DNA of 64,000 bases, from contig CAWJTV010000013.1 of NCBI GenBank assembly GCA_963845755.1, positions 128,001 through 192,000 of the forward strand, read 5' to 3'. Positions within the stretch are counted from its first letter, which is position 1, and every line of letters starts with the position of its first letter. Origin of the DNA: an uncultured Planctomycetota bacterium. Lineage in GTDB: Bacteria > Planctomycetota > Planctomycetia > Isosphaerales > Isosphaeraceae. Shown piece after piece: positions 20,216 to 34,022 of this stretch. Position numbers and translations under genes: made by a program. The notes beneath the pieces were generated by a model that saw only the letters and a list, made by a program, of their open reading frames with translations, had not been told where the DNA came from and made no database searches.

Positions 20216-23200
20216 ATGCTCAATCTCTCCTCTCCTACATCCCACGACCTGGAAGTCACGGCTGAGCGACGTCGCCTTCGCCTTCGCAGCCACCGCCGTC
20301 GCTCCGGCCGCGATCGATCCCGGGGCCGGGGCCACCAGCCCAGCTTGGAGTTCCTGGAGTCCGGATCACGCCCTCGACCGAGATCTGGCTGGGTGCCGAC
20401 GGCAACAACTGGGATGACGCGGCAAACTGGGTGGATGGCATCGCTCCCGTCGCGAATGACGATCTGGTCTTCCCCGCCACCGCGGACAACGATGTCTCGA
20501 CGAACAATTTCGCGGCCGGAACGACCTTCGACTCGATCTCGGTCGAGGGATCGGGCTACTCGCTCAGCGGCAACCCGGTGGATTTGACCAAAGGGATCAC
20601 CACCAGCTATTCGTCGGGCAAGACGACCGACGCCATCGACACGGTCTTGCTCAACGGCAGCGTCTCCATCGGATCCGGCGGCACGTTCGACCTGAACGGC
20701 GCGGTTTCGGGCACGGCCGGGATCACCAAGACGGGCCCAGGGCAGATGGAACTTGCCGGCAACAACTCCTACACCGGCGCCACCACGATCGGCGCAGGGG
20801 ATCGTGTCGCTCGACGATAGCAATGCGCTCGGCGATACCAGCGGCGTCGCCATCGCCGACGGCGCGGAGCTCGATATCAGCGGTGGGCTCACGGTCGGCG
20901 CGCCGATCACATCGGTCGAGGGCGCGGGTACCACCGGCGTCGGCGCCATCGTGAACCTCGGGGGAACGAACAGTTTGACCGGCGACATCACGCTCGCCGG
21001 TGAGACCACGATCGGCGTGAAAGCCGGCCAGCTCACGCTCTCCGGCGTCGTCGATGACGGCGGCAACACCTATGGCGTGACCCTCGCTGGCGGCGGAACG
21101 CTCACCTACACCAATGCGAACACTTATTCTGGAATGACCGACGTGACCGCCGGCACGCTCGAGCTGGATAGCACCTTCGGCGCCGCGCTGTCCGGGCCGT
21201 TGACGGTCAACGCCATCACCAGCGGCGACGCCACAGTTCAGGATGAAGCGGCGAGCCAGCTCACGGCCATCAACGCGAACGTCACGCTGATCGGCGGCGG
21301 GGCCACATTCGACCTCAACGGCTACAACGGGATCGTCAACTCGCTGACGTTCACCGGTGGGACGATCACGACCGGCGCCGGCACACTGCTTGTGGGCATC
21401 GGCGGCGTGACGACCAACGCCGCCTCGAGCACCGCCACGATCGCCGGCAACCTCGACCTCGCCAGCGGGACGCGGACCTTCACCGTCGCCCAGGGCAATG
21501 TTCCCGATGGCGGCGCCGACCTCGAGATCTCGGCGATGGTCATCGACGGCGGGCTGACCAAGGCGGGGGCGGGCGCGCAGAGCTCAGCGGAGCCAACACC
21601 TTCGACAAAGGCGTCACGGTCTCGACCGGCCTCGTCCTCGCCACCAACGACGCCGCGCTGGGGACGGGCGCCGCCACGGTGGACAGCGGCGCCGAGCTGG
21701 ACCTCTCCGGCGGGGTCGCCATCGCCAACGCGCTGGACATCGCCGGCACGGGCGTATCGGGCGGCGCGCTGGTCAACACCGGAGGAACCAACACCCTCAG
21801 CGGCGCGATCACCCTGGCCGTTAACACCACGATCGGTGTCGAGGCGGGCCAGCTCACGCTCTCGGGCGCCATCAGCGGCTCCGCCAACCTGACCAAGGCG
21901 GGCAACGGCACACTCGTCCTGGGCGGCGGCGCCCCCAACGATTACACCGGCACCACCACCGTCATCGCGGGCACGTTGCAGCTCTCCGACACTGGCGGGG
22001 CAGCGATGGACGGCCCGCTCGTCATCGGCGACGGGACCGATACAGCCCTTGTCCAGGAGACGGCCTCCTACCAGATCGGAAGTGGATCGACGTCGATCCG
22101 CGTCAACCCTTCGGGCTCCTTCGGCCTCGATGGTCATAACGACGTCATCGGCTCGTTGACGCTGGACGCAGGCACCGTGTTGACCGGGACCGGCACCTTG
22201 ACGCTGGACGGCGGCGTCACCACCATCGCCGCGACAAGCACGGCAACCATTAGCGGCCAGATAGCCCTGGGAAACGATCTGACCTTCCTGGTCGTCGTCA
22301 ACACCGTTCAGAATGGGCCCGACCTCGACGTCCCGGCGATCATCTCCGGGGGCCATGCGATCATCAAGGCCGGGGCGGGCACACTTGAGCTCGACGGCAG
22401 CAACACTTACAGCGGCAATACGACGATCGACGCGGGCATCCTGGAGACGACGAACTCATGGGGTCTCGGCGGAGGCGGTGGGGCCAACATCACGGTCGCG
22501 GGAGGCGCCGAGCTGCTCGCCACGGGCGCGATCAACATCACGGCCACCACGCTGACGATCAACGGCACCGGCGTCGACAACGCCGGGACACTGGTACTCG
22601 ACAACAATGCCGGCGTCCGGGCCGCGAGCTTCATCCTCGGCTCGAATGCGACGATCGGCGTGACCCACGGCAATTCATCGATCCAGGTCCCTATCGGCGA
22701 TGGCGGAAACTATTACGGTGTGACCCTCGTCGGCGGCGGTACGCTCACTTTCACCGCGACGAACACCTATACCGGCACCACGATCATCGACCGTGGCAAC
22801 CTCCTGATCGACGGGAACAGCTCCTCCAGCAGCGTCTTCACGGTCGATAGCGGCGGAAGCCTCATCGGCGATGTCTCGGGTGGAAGCACGGCCGTCTCCG
22901 GCATGACGGTCAACAGCGGCGCCACGGTCGCGCCGGGCTTCGGCGACAGTATGGCCGAGCTCGCGTGTTTGGGCGATGTCCGCTTCGCCAGCGGCTCGAC
23001 CTACAGCGTCGTGCTCGGCGGCGCAACCGTCGGCACGCAGTACGACCAACTCAACGTCACCGGCACTGTGGACCTCAACTTCGACTCGGGCACGGGCGCC
23101 ACGCTCGCGCTCTCGCTCGCCGACGGTTATATCCCCAGGCCGGGCACGACCTACACGATCATCGCCTCCACCGGAACGCTTTCCCATACGTTTGACGGCT

Positions 23201-26200
23201 ACGGCGACGGTACGACCATCATGGCCGGGAACTACCCGTTCCGGATCACCTACCAGGCCAACGCGGTGGTGTTGACGGCCCTGCTGCGCATCGACACCTG
23301 GACCGGCGCGGGGACCGACGACAACTGGTCCACGGTCGGAAACTGGCAAGACAACGTCGCCCCCAATCTCTACGACACCCTGGTCTTCCCCGCCAGCCCG
23401 ACCGAGTCGTCATCGAACAACAACTTGGCCGCCAGCACCGAATTCACCTCGATCAGCATCGACGACAGCAGCTACGCGTTCACCGGCAATGCGATTTTGC
23501 TGGATGAGGGGCTCACAGCGAATAATGCATCGGGCACGGCGGCGTTCTCCATGAACATCGCGCTCAACGCCGATCAGACGTTCACAGTCGCCAGCGGTGG
23601 GATGCTGGACATCTCCGGCGTCATCTCCGGCGCGTACGCACTGACCAAGGCCGGCGCGGGGACGCTTGAGCTCGATGGCACCAACACCGACTCCGGGAAT
23701 ACGACAATCAGCGATGGCGAGATCGCGATCACCAACCCCGCGGCCCTCGGTAGCGGGCAGGTGAGTATCGAGAATAGCAGCCTGATCGTTCTCAACCTCG
23801 GCGGCAGCAACACGATTCCCAATGGCCTGGTCCTCGACTCGACCAATAGCCCGTCGATGGAGAACCTGGGCGGCAACAATACGTTCAACGGCCCGATCAC
23901 CGTCGGCGCCAGCACCGACGATGGGAACCTCTTGGTCGCCGACATCGACACTGCCAGCAGCACCACGCTGACCTTCGCGAGCGGCATCACCGAGTATTCC
24001 TCGGGTTATGGTCTCGTCAAGAGTGGGGCGGGGACCCTGATCCTGGGCAACAGCAATAGCTACAATGGGGGCACAACAGTCACTGCCGGCACACTCGAGC
24101 TGGACAATCCTGATCTCCCATCGGCGCCCACGATCTCCGGACCACTGATGATCGACGCCGGCACCAGCGGCAGCGCCACGGTTCAGGATGAAGCGAGCGA
24201 TCAGCTCCTGGGCGGCGGCGTGGATATCACGCTGATCGGTCCGGGAGCCACGTTCGACCTCAACGGCTTCAGTGATACAATCAACTCGCTGATCCTCACC
24301 GGCGGTTCGGTGACGACCGGGGCCGGCGTGCTCGTCCTTGGCGGCGACGTGACGACCAATGCCGCGGCGACCACAGCGGCAATCAGCGGCAACCTGGATC
24401 TCGGCAGCGGCACGCGGACCTTCACCGTCGCGCAGGGCATCGACCCCAGCGGGATCGACCTGTCGATCTCGGCAGTGATCATCGACGGCGGGCTCACCAA
24501 GGCCGGCGCAGGGGACGATGGGCCTCTCGGCCGCCAACGCCTACGCCGGTGGGACGACGATCAACGCCGGCACGCTCGGCGTCGAGAACAACGGCGGTGC
24601 CCTGGGCACCGGCCCTGTCAGCATCAACAATTCCGCCGAGATGATGGTGTTCGTCGGGCCCGATTTCTCGAGCGCGAGCCTCACCAACGAGATCACCTTC
24701 AATACGACCAACCCGACCGCGATGAAGATCATCGGCGGGTCCGTCTCGATCAGCGGGGCGCTCATGCTCACGAGGTCCGCGACCTTCGACGTGAAAGCTG
24801 GCTCCGAGGCGAATGTCACCGGTGCAATTGGCGACGGCAGCCCGAGCCAAGGCGTTGGGCTTACGAAGAGAGATTCGGGCACGCTCGACCTCTCCGGCAC
24901 CAGCACTTACACCGGGGCGACCGTCGTGTCGGGCGGTACCCTCGAGGTCAACGGCAGTATCAGCGGCAGTGCAGTCAACGTCGATGCCGGCGCGATCCTC
25001 GGCGGCTATGGCACGGTCGGCGACGTAGTCTCGACCGGCGGCACCGTCGCGCCGGCCGACGCCCCGAATGTTCTCGACACGGGCTCGTTCTCGCTCGACG
25101 ACACTTCCACGTTCGCGGTCCAGCTCGACGGCACCACACCGGGCGGCGCCGGCGGCTACGACCAGGTCGTCGCCGTCGGCGCGGTCAGCCTGGACGGCGC
25201 CACGCTCGACGCGGTGATTGGCGGTTCCTATACGCCGGCGCCCGGCGATCAGCTCACGATCATCAAGATGGATAGCGACTCGGCCGTCGTCGGCACATTC
25301 AAAGGACCGCCCGAGGACGACCTCTTCACCATCGACGGTTACCTCTTCGAGATCACGTACCTGGGCGGGCTGAGCGGCCACGATGTCGTCCTGACCGCCC
25401 TGGAGGCGACGACGACCCAGGTTTCGACGTCGCCCCAGCCCTCGACCTACGGCCAGGCAGTCACCTTCACGGCATCGGTCTCGGCCGCATCCGGCACCCC
25501 GTCGGGCTCGGTCAACTTCTACGATGGCGATCCATCCGGCGGCGGCACCTTGCTCGGCACCGGTCCGGTAGACCTCAAGGGCCACGCGACGTTCTCGACC
25601 TCGGCCCTTCACGTCAGCGGCTCGCCGCACCAGATCTACGCCAAATATGATCCCTCGGCGTCGTCCGGATTCCTGGCCAGCACGTCAACCGCCTTCGGCC
25701 AGACGGTCGATCCCGCGGCGGTGACGGTCACTGCAAACAATGTGAACAAGGCCTACGGCGATCCGCTGCCGAGCTTCACGTTACGCTACACCGGGCTTCA
25801 GAATGGGGATTCGGCCGCCGATTTCGCCACGCAACCCACGGCCGTCACGACTGCTACCGCGGCCAGTCACGTCAATCTCGACGGCTACGCCATCACTCCC
25901 TCAGGTGCCGTCGACCCCGACTACCGCTTCAGTTATCTCAGCGGCACGCTCACCGTCACCCCCGTCAGCCTGACCGTCACCGCCGACAATGTGAGCAAGG
26001 AGTACGGTGCGCCGATCCCCACCCTGACGGCCAGCTTCAGCGGGTTCGTCAACGGCGACTCGGCCGCCAGCCTCACCGCGCAACCGGTCCTCAGCACGAC
26101 GGCCACCCAGTCCAGCCCGATCATCGCGGGGGGCTACCTCATCATCCCCTCCGGCGCCATCGACCCCGACTACAGCTTCCGATACACGAGCGGCACGCTG

Positions 26201-27913
26201 ACGATCACCCAGGCGCCTCTGACCGTGACTGCCAACGACCTGTCGATGACCTATGGTTCGACAGTCCCGGAGTTGACCGATCGGATCACCGGGTTCGTCA
26301 ACGGCGATACGGCGAGCGTCGTCTCGGGGACGCCCTCGCTTGAGACGACGGCCACCCAGTCCAGCTCGGTGGGAGCGTACGCCATCACGGTGGATGTCTC
26401 GAGCCTCTCGGCCACCAACTACACCTTCAGCGGTCAATCTGGCAGTTTGGCGATCGACCCGGCCGCGCTCGACGTGACGGCGAATGATCAATCGATGACC
26501 TACGGCGGGACCGTGCCGTCCTTGACCTTCGTTATCAGCGGACTGGTCAACGGCGATACACAGAGCTCGGTCCTCTCCGGCGGTTTGACGACAACGGGCA
26601 CATCGAGTTCCGACATCGGTGGCTACGCCATCACCCAGCGAAACCTGGCCTCCAACAGCAACTACGCCCTGACGTTCACGCCCGGAACCTTCACCATCAA
26701 CCCCGCCGAACTCGACGTGGCGGCCAATAACCGATCGATGACCTACGGGGGGACCATGCCGGCTTTGACCTTCGGCGTCAGCGGGCTGGTCAACGGCGAC
26801 ACCCAGGGCTCAGTCCTCTCCGGCGCCCTGACGACCACCGCCTCAACGACCTCCAACGCCGGCAAGTACGGCATCGCCCAGGGATCGCTGGCCGCCGACG
26901 CAAATTACACGGTCAGCTTCACACCAGGCACGCTCACGATCACCCCGGCACCGCTGAGGATCACTGCGAACAATGCGAGCACGGTCTTCGGCGCACCCCT
27001 GCCGGCCTTGACGGCCGGTTTCAGCGGATTCGTCAACGGCGACACGGCCGTCAAACTGACGACCCAGCCAACCTCGAGCACCTCGGCAACATCGACTAGC
27101 CCGGTGGGCTCCTATCCCATTCAAGTCTCGGGGGCCACCTCGGCCAACTACACGATCACGTTCCAGCCCGGCACGCTGACGGTCGCTCGGGCGAGCACGT
27201 CATCCACCTTGCTCACATCGAGCGGCTCGACGGTCTTCGGCCAGATGGTGTCCTTCACCGTTCATGTCGGGTCGATCAGTCCCAGCACGGCCGTGCCCTC
27301 GGGGAGCGTGACCTTCTTTGTCGATGGAGCCGCGATCGGTTCGGCCATCGACTCCGACGGCCAGGCGACATTCAGCACCGCCTCGCTGGGTGTGGGCGCG
27401 CACGCCGTCACGGCGGCTTACTCGGGCAGCAGCAGCTTTGTGTCCAGCGGATCCGGCGCGGTCCCGCAGGTGATAGTCCAGGCCGGCACGCAGTCGGTCC
27501 TGACGGCGACGGCCGTCCGGAACCGCCACGGCCAGATCATCGATGTGAACTTGACCTCGCAAGTCCTCATGATGTCGGCGGGCGGTGGAACGCCCACGGG
27601 CACGGTCACCGATTTCGTCGGCAGACGGCAGTTGGCGACCGGGTCTCTCAGTAACGGGATCGCCGTCCTGACGCTCAAGCCGAAACAGGCATTGAGCAAG
27701 ACGTTCTTCGTCGCATACAGTGGCGACGCGGACTTCCTCTCGAGCACCTCGCCCAAGCTGGTCGTCAACAACCGGGCCTTCAGGGCATCGGCCCGGCCGT
27801 TTACCGCCTTCTCCAAGCAAGGCCACGGACGGGCCCACGCGACGATGCCATCGCGGAACGTGCAGTCAGGGATCGCCGTGTTCAAGGCTCCGAATCACAA
27901 GCACGGCCGTTGA
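20216..27913 (+). CDS. Giant secreted adhesin-like protein: autotransporter-associated beta-strand repeats, Ig-like (Big_3) and MBG domains (several indels)
   Basis: Arg-rich leader with PSLEFLES (LEPR-xLL-like); many LTKxGxGTLxLxxxNxYxGxTxVxxGTL repeats; about 5 MBG units (LTVTAxxxSxxYG..GxVNGD); Ig units TYGQAVTFTA and VFGQMVSFTV. No beta-barrel is visible. Confidence 0.85.
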
Positions 27914-28052
27914 AGGCTCGAATCGTGTTCAGTCGCCAGTAAGAGACGCGCAGGGCGCGAGGCTCCCAACCCTGCCCAGCCCCCGGTACGACGGACTCCA
28001 GATTCGTCACACTACATGCTCGCCCGATTATCGGCGATTCGGGGATCGCCTC

Positions 28053-28952
28053 TCAGTCCCCCCGCTTGCCTTTTCGCGGCGCGAGCGCCCGGTGGAAGAC
28101 GTCGAGATCCGGGCAGTTGCTGGCGAGCTCGAGGAGATCCTTGAACCGGTCGTCGCGCAGTCTCTTCAATTCGGCCTGCACGCCCGCGGCCTTGACCCCG
28201 AACCGAGCCACAAGGACGGCCAGAAGTGCCGCCTCAGTTGCCTCCCGCTTGCCTTCGCGCTTGCCCTTCTGAATCGCCTCGTCGATCACTTCCCGAAGCA
28301 ACGGCGATTTCACCTTGATCATGGCTTTGGTCCCTCCCAGCAACTGGAACACGCTCGGGTCATTATACCTCAGTCCGGCGAGGAAGTGAGTGGCCACCCG
28401 CAAGCTCTCGCGTTCCTCCTCGGGTGCGTCCCGCTCGATTCGTTCACGGCATTCTCGGAAAATGGGCTCGGCGGGACCTTCGAACTGGGCCAGCGGTATC
28501 CAGGGGATCAACCCGATGTCCCCGGTCGCCAGCAGGTCCGCGGCCGGGACCTTCCACAACTCGACCACCTTCCAGTAGACGTGGATGCTCGAGAAGCCCT
28601 CCTCGCTGGAGATGATCAGCTTCCGAGGAGTCGGCCGCTTGCCTCGGGGATGAAGGACCAGTGCCACGACCTCGGGCACCACGCGGCGTTCGAGATAGAC
28701 CAGGAGGGCATCATCACCGGCCTGCTTGGCCAGCCGCTGGTAGGGATAGCTGGAGACCTCCAGCACGAAGTGAACAAGCCGGGACCGGCCGGGGCGCTGG
28801 ACCTCGATCAGGCCGTCGGGGAGGCGCCGAGGATGCACCGGCTCGGCCTGGAGCGGCTTCCAGGATTCGATGTTGTGGAAGCCGGCGAGGCGGAGGATCG
28901 CGTCGGCGTGGTGCTGGATCATCCACTTGCAACTGGTGTCATAATCGAGCAT
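28053..28952 (-). CDS. Rpn/YhgA-like PD-(D/E)xK nuclease (putative transposase family)
   Basis: MLDYDTSCKWMIQ..RLPDGLIEV..FVLEVSSYP..VVELWKVPAADLLA..GLIPWIPL..EGKREA..LVARFG; the C-terminal helical domain is typical of the family. Confidence 0.7.
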   Translation of the reverse strand: MLDYDTSCKWMIQHHADAILRLAGFHNIESWKPLQAEPVHPRRLPDGLIEVQRPGRSRLVHFVLEVSSYPYQRLAKQAGDDALLVYLERRVVPEVVALVLHPRGKRPTPRKLIISSEEGFSSIHVYWKVVELWKVPAADLLATGDIGLIPWIPLAQFEGPAEPIFRECRERIERDAPEEERESLRVATHFLAGLRYNDPSVFQLLGGTKAMIKVKSPLLREVIDEAIQKGKREGKREATEAALLAVLVARFGVKAAGVQAELKRLRDDRFKDLLELASNCPDLDVFHRALAPRKGKRGD

Positions 28953-29216
28953 CTCGGGCCCCTCGGCGACGATGAGCCTCTCCCGGCCTCCACAGTCGGC
29001 CAGAGTCATCCGAACTCTTATCGGCGACACGGACGACCCGTCCGCAAGGAGAACCCCCTCGACCGACGAGAGATCACGATCCTCGTTCGCGATCGACAAA
29101 TGTTAAGGATAGATCGAGGGAATGACGTCCGGGAGGTTCCACGACGGGATGGCCGGGTCATGCCGTCAGTGCCGGCGCGGCACTCCGTTCCGGTCACATC
29201 GCATTGCGGCAAAGGT

Positions 29217-29993
29217 TCAGGAGATGGGGTTGGCCGCGGGCGAATCCAGGCTCGGGTTCAGGCGCGGCGGCTCCGGCATCACAGCGGGCCGATGACGGAG
29301 GATCTCCCCCTGCTCGAGGTAGATGACCGACTCGGCGATCTTGGCGGCGTGGTCGGCGATCCGCTCGAGGTTCCGCGCGGTGTTCACCAGCCGCAGCAGG
29401 GTGTTGATCCGCTCGGGGTTGCCGGCGAGCTGCTGCTTGAGCTGCTTCTGGATGGCCCGGTAGTCGCGATCGATCCGCTGATCGGCGGCGATGACGGCCT
29501 GGGCCAGGGAGACATCGGCCTGGGTGAGCGCGTCGAGGCTGTTGCGGACCTGGCCCAGGGCCTCGATCCCGAGGTTCTCCAGCGGCTGGGGGATGGGCAC
29601 CGCCTGGGGATCTCCGGACAGCTTCTTGACCCGCTTGGCGATATGCCGGGCCAGGCCGCAGAGTCGATGCAGTTCGCCGTTGATCTTGAGCACGACGGCG
29701 ACCCGCCGCAGGTCGGAGGCCACCGGCTGATGCAGCGCCAGCACCCGGACGCACTCCCGCTCGATCTCGACCTCCCAGCGGTCGACCACACGCTTCTGAC
29801 GCTTCACCGCGCCGGCCAGCTCGACCCGGACGTCGCACAAGGCATGGATACTCTGGCTCAGCGCGTCCTCGACGACCGCCGCCAGCTTCAAGATCTCGGC
29901 CCAGAGGCCCTCCATGTCTCGAAGAAAACCGCGGCCCACCGTGACCCGACCATGGTCGCCATCCGGATCGGACGGCTGCGGTTCTTGCAGCAT
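29217..29993 (-). CDS. phoU: Phosphate signalling complex protein PhoU
   Basis: EIERECVRVLALHQPVASDLR..ADQRID..ARNLERIADHAAKIAESVIY. Confidence 0.92.
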   Translation of the reverse strand: MLQEPQPSDPDGDHGRVTVGRGFLRDMEGLWAEILKLAAVVEDALSQSIHALCDVRVELAGAVKRQKRVVDRWEVEIERECVRVLALHQPVASDLRRVAVVLKINGELHRLCGLARHIAKRVKKLSGDPQAVPIPQPLENLGIEALGQVRNSLDALTQADVSLAQAVIAADQRIDRDYRAIQKQLKQQLAGNPERINTLLRLVNTARNLERIADHAAKIAESVIYLEQGEILRHRPAVMPEPPRLNPSLDSPAANPIS

Positions 29994-30463
29994 CAGGTGA
30001 TTCCCCGTCCCGTTGTCTGAACTGGCTTGACCCCACCTCGTTCGATCGCGGACCTCCGGATTCCTCGTCGCTCAACAAGACCTCGGCGGTCCGGCTCATC
30101 GCGCCGCCGATCGTCGTCTTGCCGAAACCGGCCCGGTCAGAGCCTTGCCCGACCGGGAGGAATCGATCGATTCCCGCACCGAATGCCCCTCTATCCTTCA
30201 GCTTAGGAGATCGAGCCTCTCGGAACAACGTCAAAACCGGCAAATACACGAGAAATTCACAGTGGCATGATCGATGAGGGCGAAAACATCCGCTATTCTG
30301 TCGGCAAGACAGTCGGTCACGCGTTCCCGCCCCATGGGGTCTTTCTCCGGGTCGAACCTCGAACGAATGCCCATCGAACGGCCATGATCCGCTGGAGCAA
30401 TTCGGGGGCGTGTTGGATAATACGGCTCCATGGCAACCCGAACCCCAACCGCGAGGCCGCAAC

Positions 30464-31933
30464 ATGCGCACGATCATTCTGGCAGGATTCTGCTCCGGAT
30501 TGATGCTGACCTCGGCTCCGAGGGCCGAAGGGGCCGGGCGGCCCAACATCGTGCTGATCATCGCCGACGATATGGCGCGGGAGGATTGCGGCGCGTACGG
30601 GCACCCGGCGGTCCGGACGCCGAACATCGACAGGCTGGCGCGGGAGGGAATGCGATTCGAGCGGGCATTCGTGACGGCCAGCTCGTGCAGTCCCAGCCGA
30701 TCGAGCCTCATCACGGGTCGGTATCCGCACAACACCGGCGCCCTGGAGCTGCATCAGCCGTTGCCGCCGGAGCAAGTCACCTTCGTCGAGAAGCTGAAGT
30801 CCGCCGGCTACTGGACAGGCGCGGCGGGGAAGTGGCACCTGGGCAACGCCGTCAAGGATCGGTTCGACGTCGTCCGCGAGGCCGGCACGGCCGGCTTCCA
30901 GCTCCCGACCGGACCGAACCCGAACCCCAATCCGCAAATGACTGCCGAAGGTGCCGGGGCGATCCAGAGCGGGTGCGCCCAGTGGGTGCCCGTGCTCCGC
31001 GAACGGCCCGGCGACAAACCCTTCTTCCTCTGGCTGGCCGCCTTCGACCCGCACCGGGACTACCAGGAGGGGACCATCCCCCGCCCGCACCGGCCCGAGG
31101 ACGCCGTCGTTCCGCCTTATCTTCCGGACGTGCCCGAAGTCCGCAAGGACCTGGCTTTGTACTACGACGAGATCGCCCGGCTCGATTCTTACGTCGGCGC
31201 GGTCCTGGCCGAGCTGGATCGTCAGGGCGAGGCCGGCAATACACTGGTCCTGTTCCTCAGCGACAACGGCCGCCCGTTCCCGCGCTGCAAGACGACGCTG
31301 TATGACAGCGGCATCCGCATGCCCTGGATCGTCCGATGGCCGGGGCAGGTCCCGCCGGGCCGTCGCTGCACCAGCCTGGTCAGCACCGTCGACATCGCTC
31401 CGACCATGCTGAAGCTGGCCGGCATCGAGCCGGGACCCAACTTCCAGGGCAAGGACTTCTCGCCGTTATTCAAAGACCCGAAGGCGAGAATTCATGAGAC
31501 GATCTTCGCCGAACGGAACTGGCACGACTACGCCGCGCGCGGCCGGTCGGTCCGCTCCGAACAGTTCCAGTACATCCGGAACGACGACCATGAGATGCCG
31601 CTGACACCGCCCGCCGACGCGGTGCGCAGCCCGACCTTCCAGGCGATGCGCCGGCTCCGCGACGAAGGAAAGCTGATGCCGGCCCAGCGCGCCTGCTTCC
31701 TGCATCCCCGGCCCACCGAAGAGCTCTACGACGTCGATACCGACCCGCATGAGCTGCACAACCTCGCCGGAGATCCAAAATTCGCCAAGGTCCTCGACGA
31801 GATGCGACGAGCGATCGTGGAGTGGGAGCGAGAGACGAACGATGTCGCGACCGGCAAGCTCAGCCCCGATGAGTTCGACCGCGAGACCGGCGAGCCGTTG
31901 CCCAACCGGGTGCGTCCGCGATCGGTGAAGTAG
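30464..31933 (+). CDS. Secreted formylglycine-dependent sulfatase (S1, sulfamidase-like)
   Basis: Signal peptide; PNIVLIIADD, CSPSR (CxPxR), LITGRY, GKWHLG, DPHR and SDNG motifs. Confidence 0.95.
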   Translation: MRTIILAGFCSGLMLTSAPRAEGAGRPNIVLIIADDMAREDCGAYGHPAVRTPNIDRLAREGMRFERAFVTASSCSPSRSSLITGRYPHNTGALELHQPLPPEQVTFVEKLKSAGYWTGAAGKWHLGNAVKDRFDVVREAGTAGFQLPTGPNPNPNPQMTAEGAGAIQSGCAQWVPVLRERPGDKPFFLWLAAFDPHRDYQEGTIPRPHRPEDAVVPPYLPDVPEVRKDLALYYDEIARLDSYVGAVLAELDRQGEAGNTLVLFLSDNGRPFPRCKTTLYDSGIRMPWIVRWPGQVPPGRRCTSLVSTVDIAPTMLKLAGIEPGPNFQGKDFSPLFKDPKARIHETIFAERNWHDYAARGRSVRSEQFQYIRNDDHEMPLTPPADAVRSPTFQAMRRLRDEGKLMPAQRACFLHPRPTEELYDVDTDPHELHNLAGDPKFAKVLDEMRRAIVEWERETNDVATGKLSPDEFDRETGEPLPNRVRPRSVK

Positions 31934-32013
31934 TCGGAGGCGGGTGCGTCTGGCGGATCAGCCGGATTGGCGGACTTCGCGCGAGACCTGGCAAGCCGGG
32001 TCACGAGCTATAA

Positions 32014-33930
<1,917 letters not shown>

Positions 33931-33940
33931 GTAGTGGGCG

Positions 33941-33994
33941 GTAGGCAGTCGGCAGTGAATACGGGGCGGTCTGTCTTCACTGCCGACTGCCTAC
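33941..33994. repeat. Palindromic hairpin repeat after guaB (possible terminator or RNA-stabilising element)
   Basis: Perfect 19-bp arms GTAGGCAGTCGGCAGTGAA / TTCACTGCCGACTGCCTAC, built from heptamer-like units. Confidence 0.75.
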
Positions 33995-34022
33995 GGCCTA
34001 CTGAAAAGCAAGGAGGCGTGGC

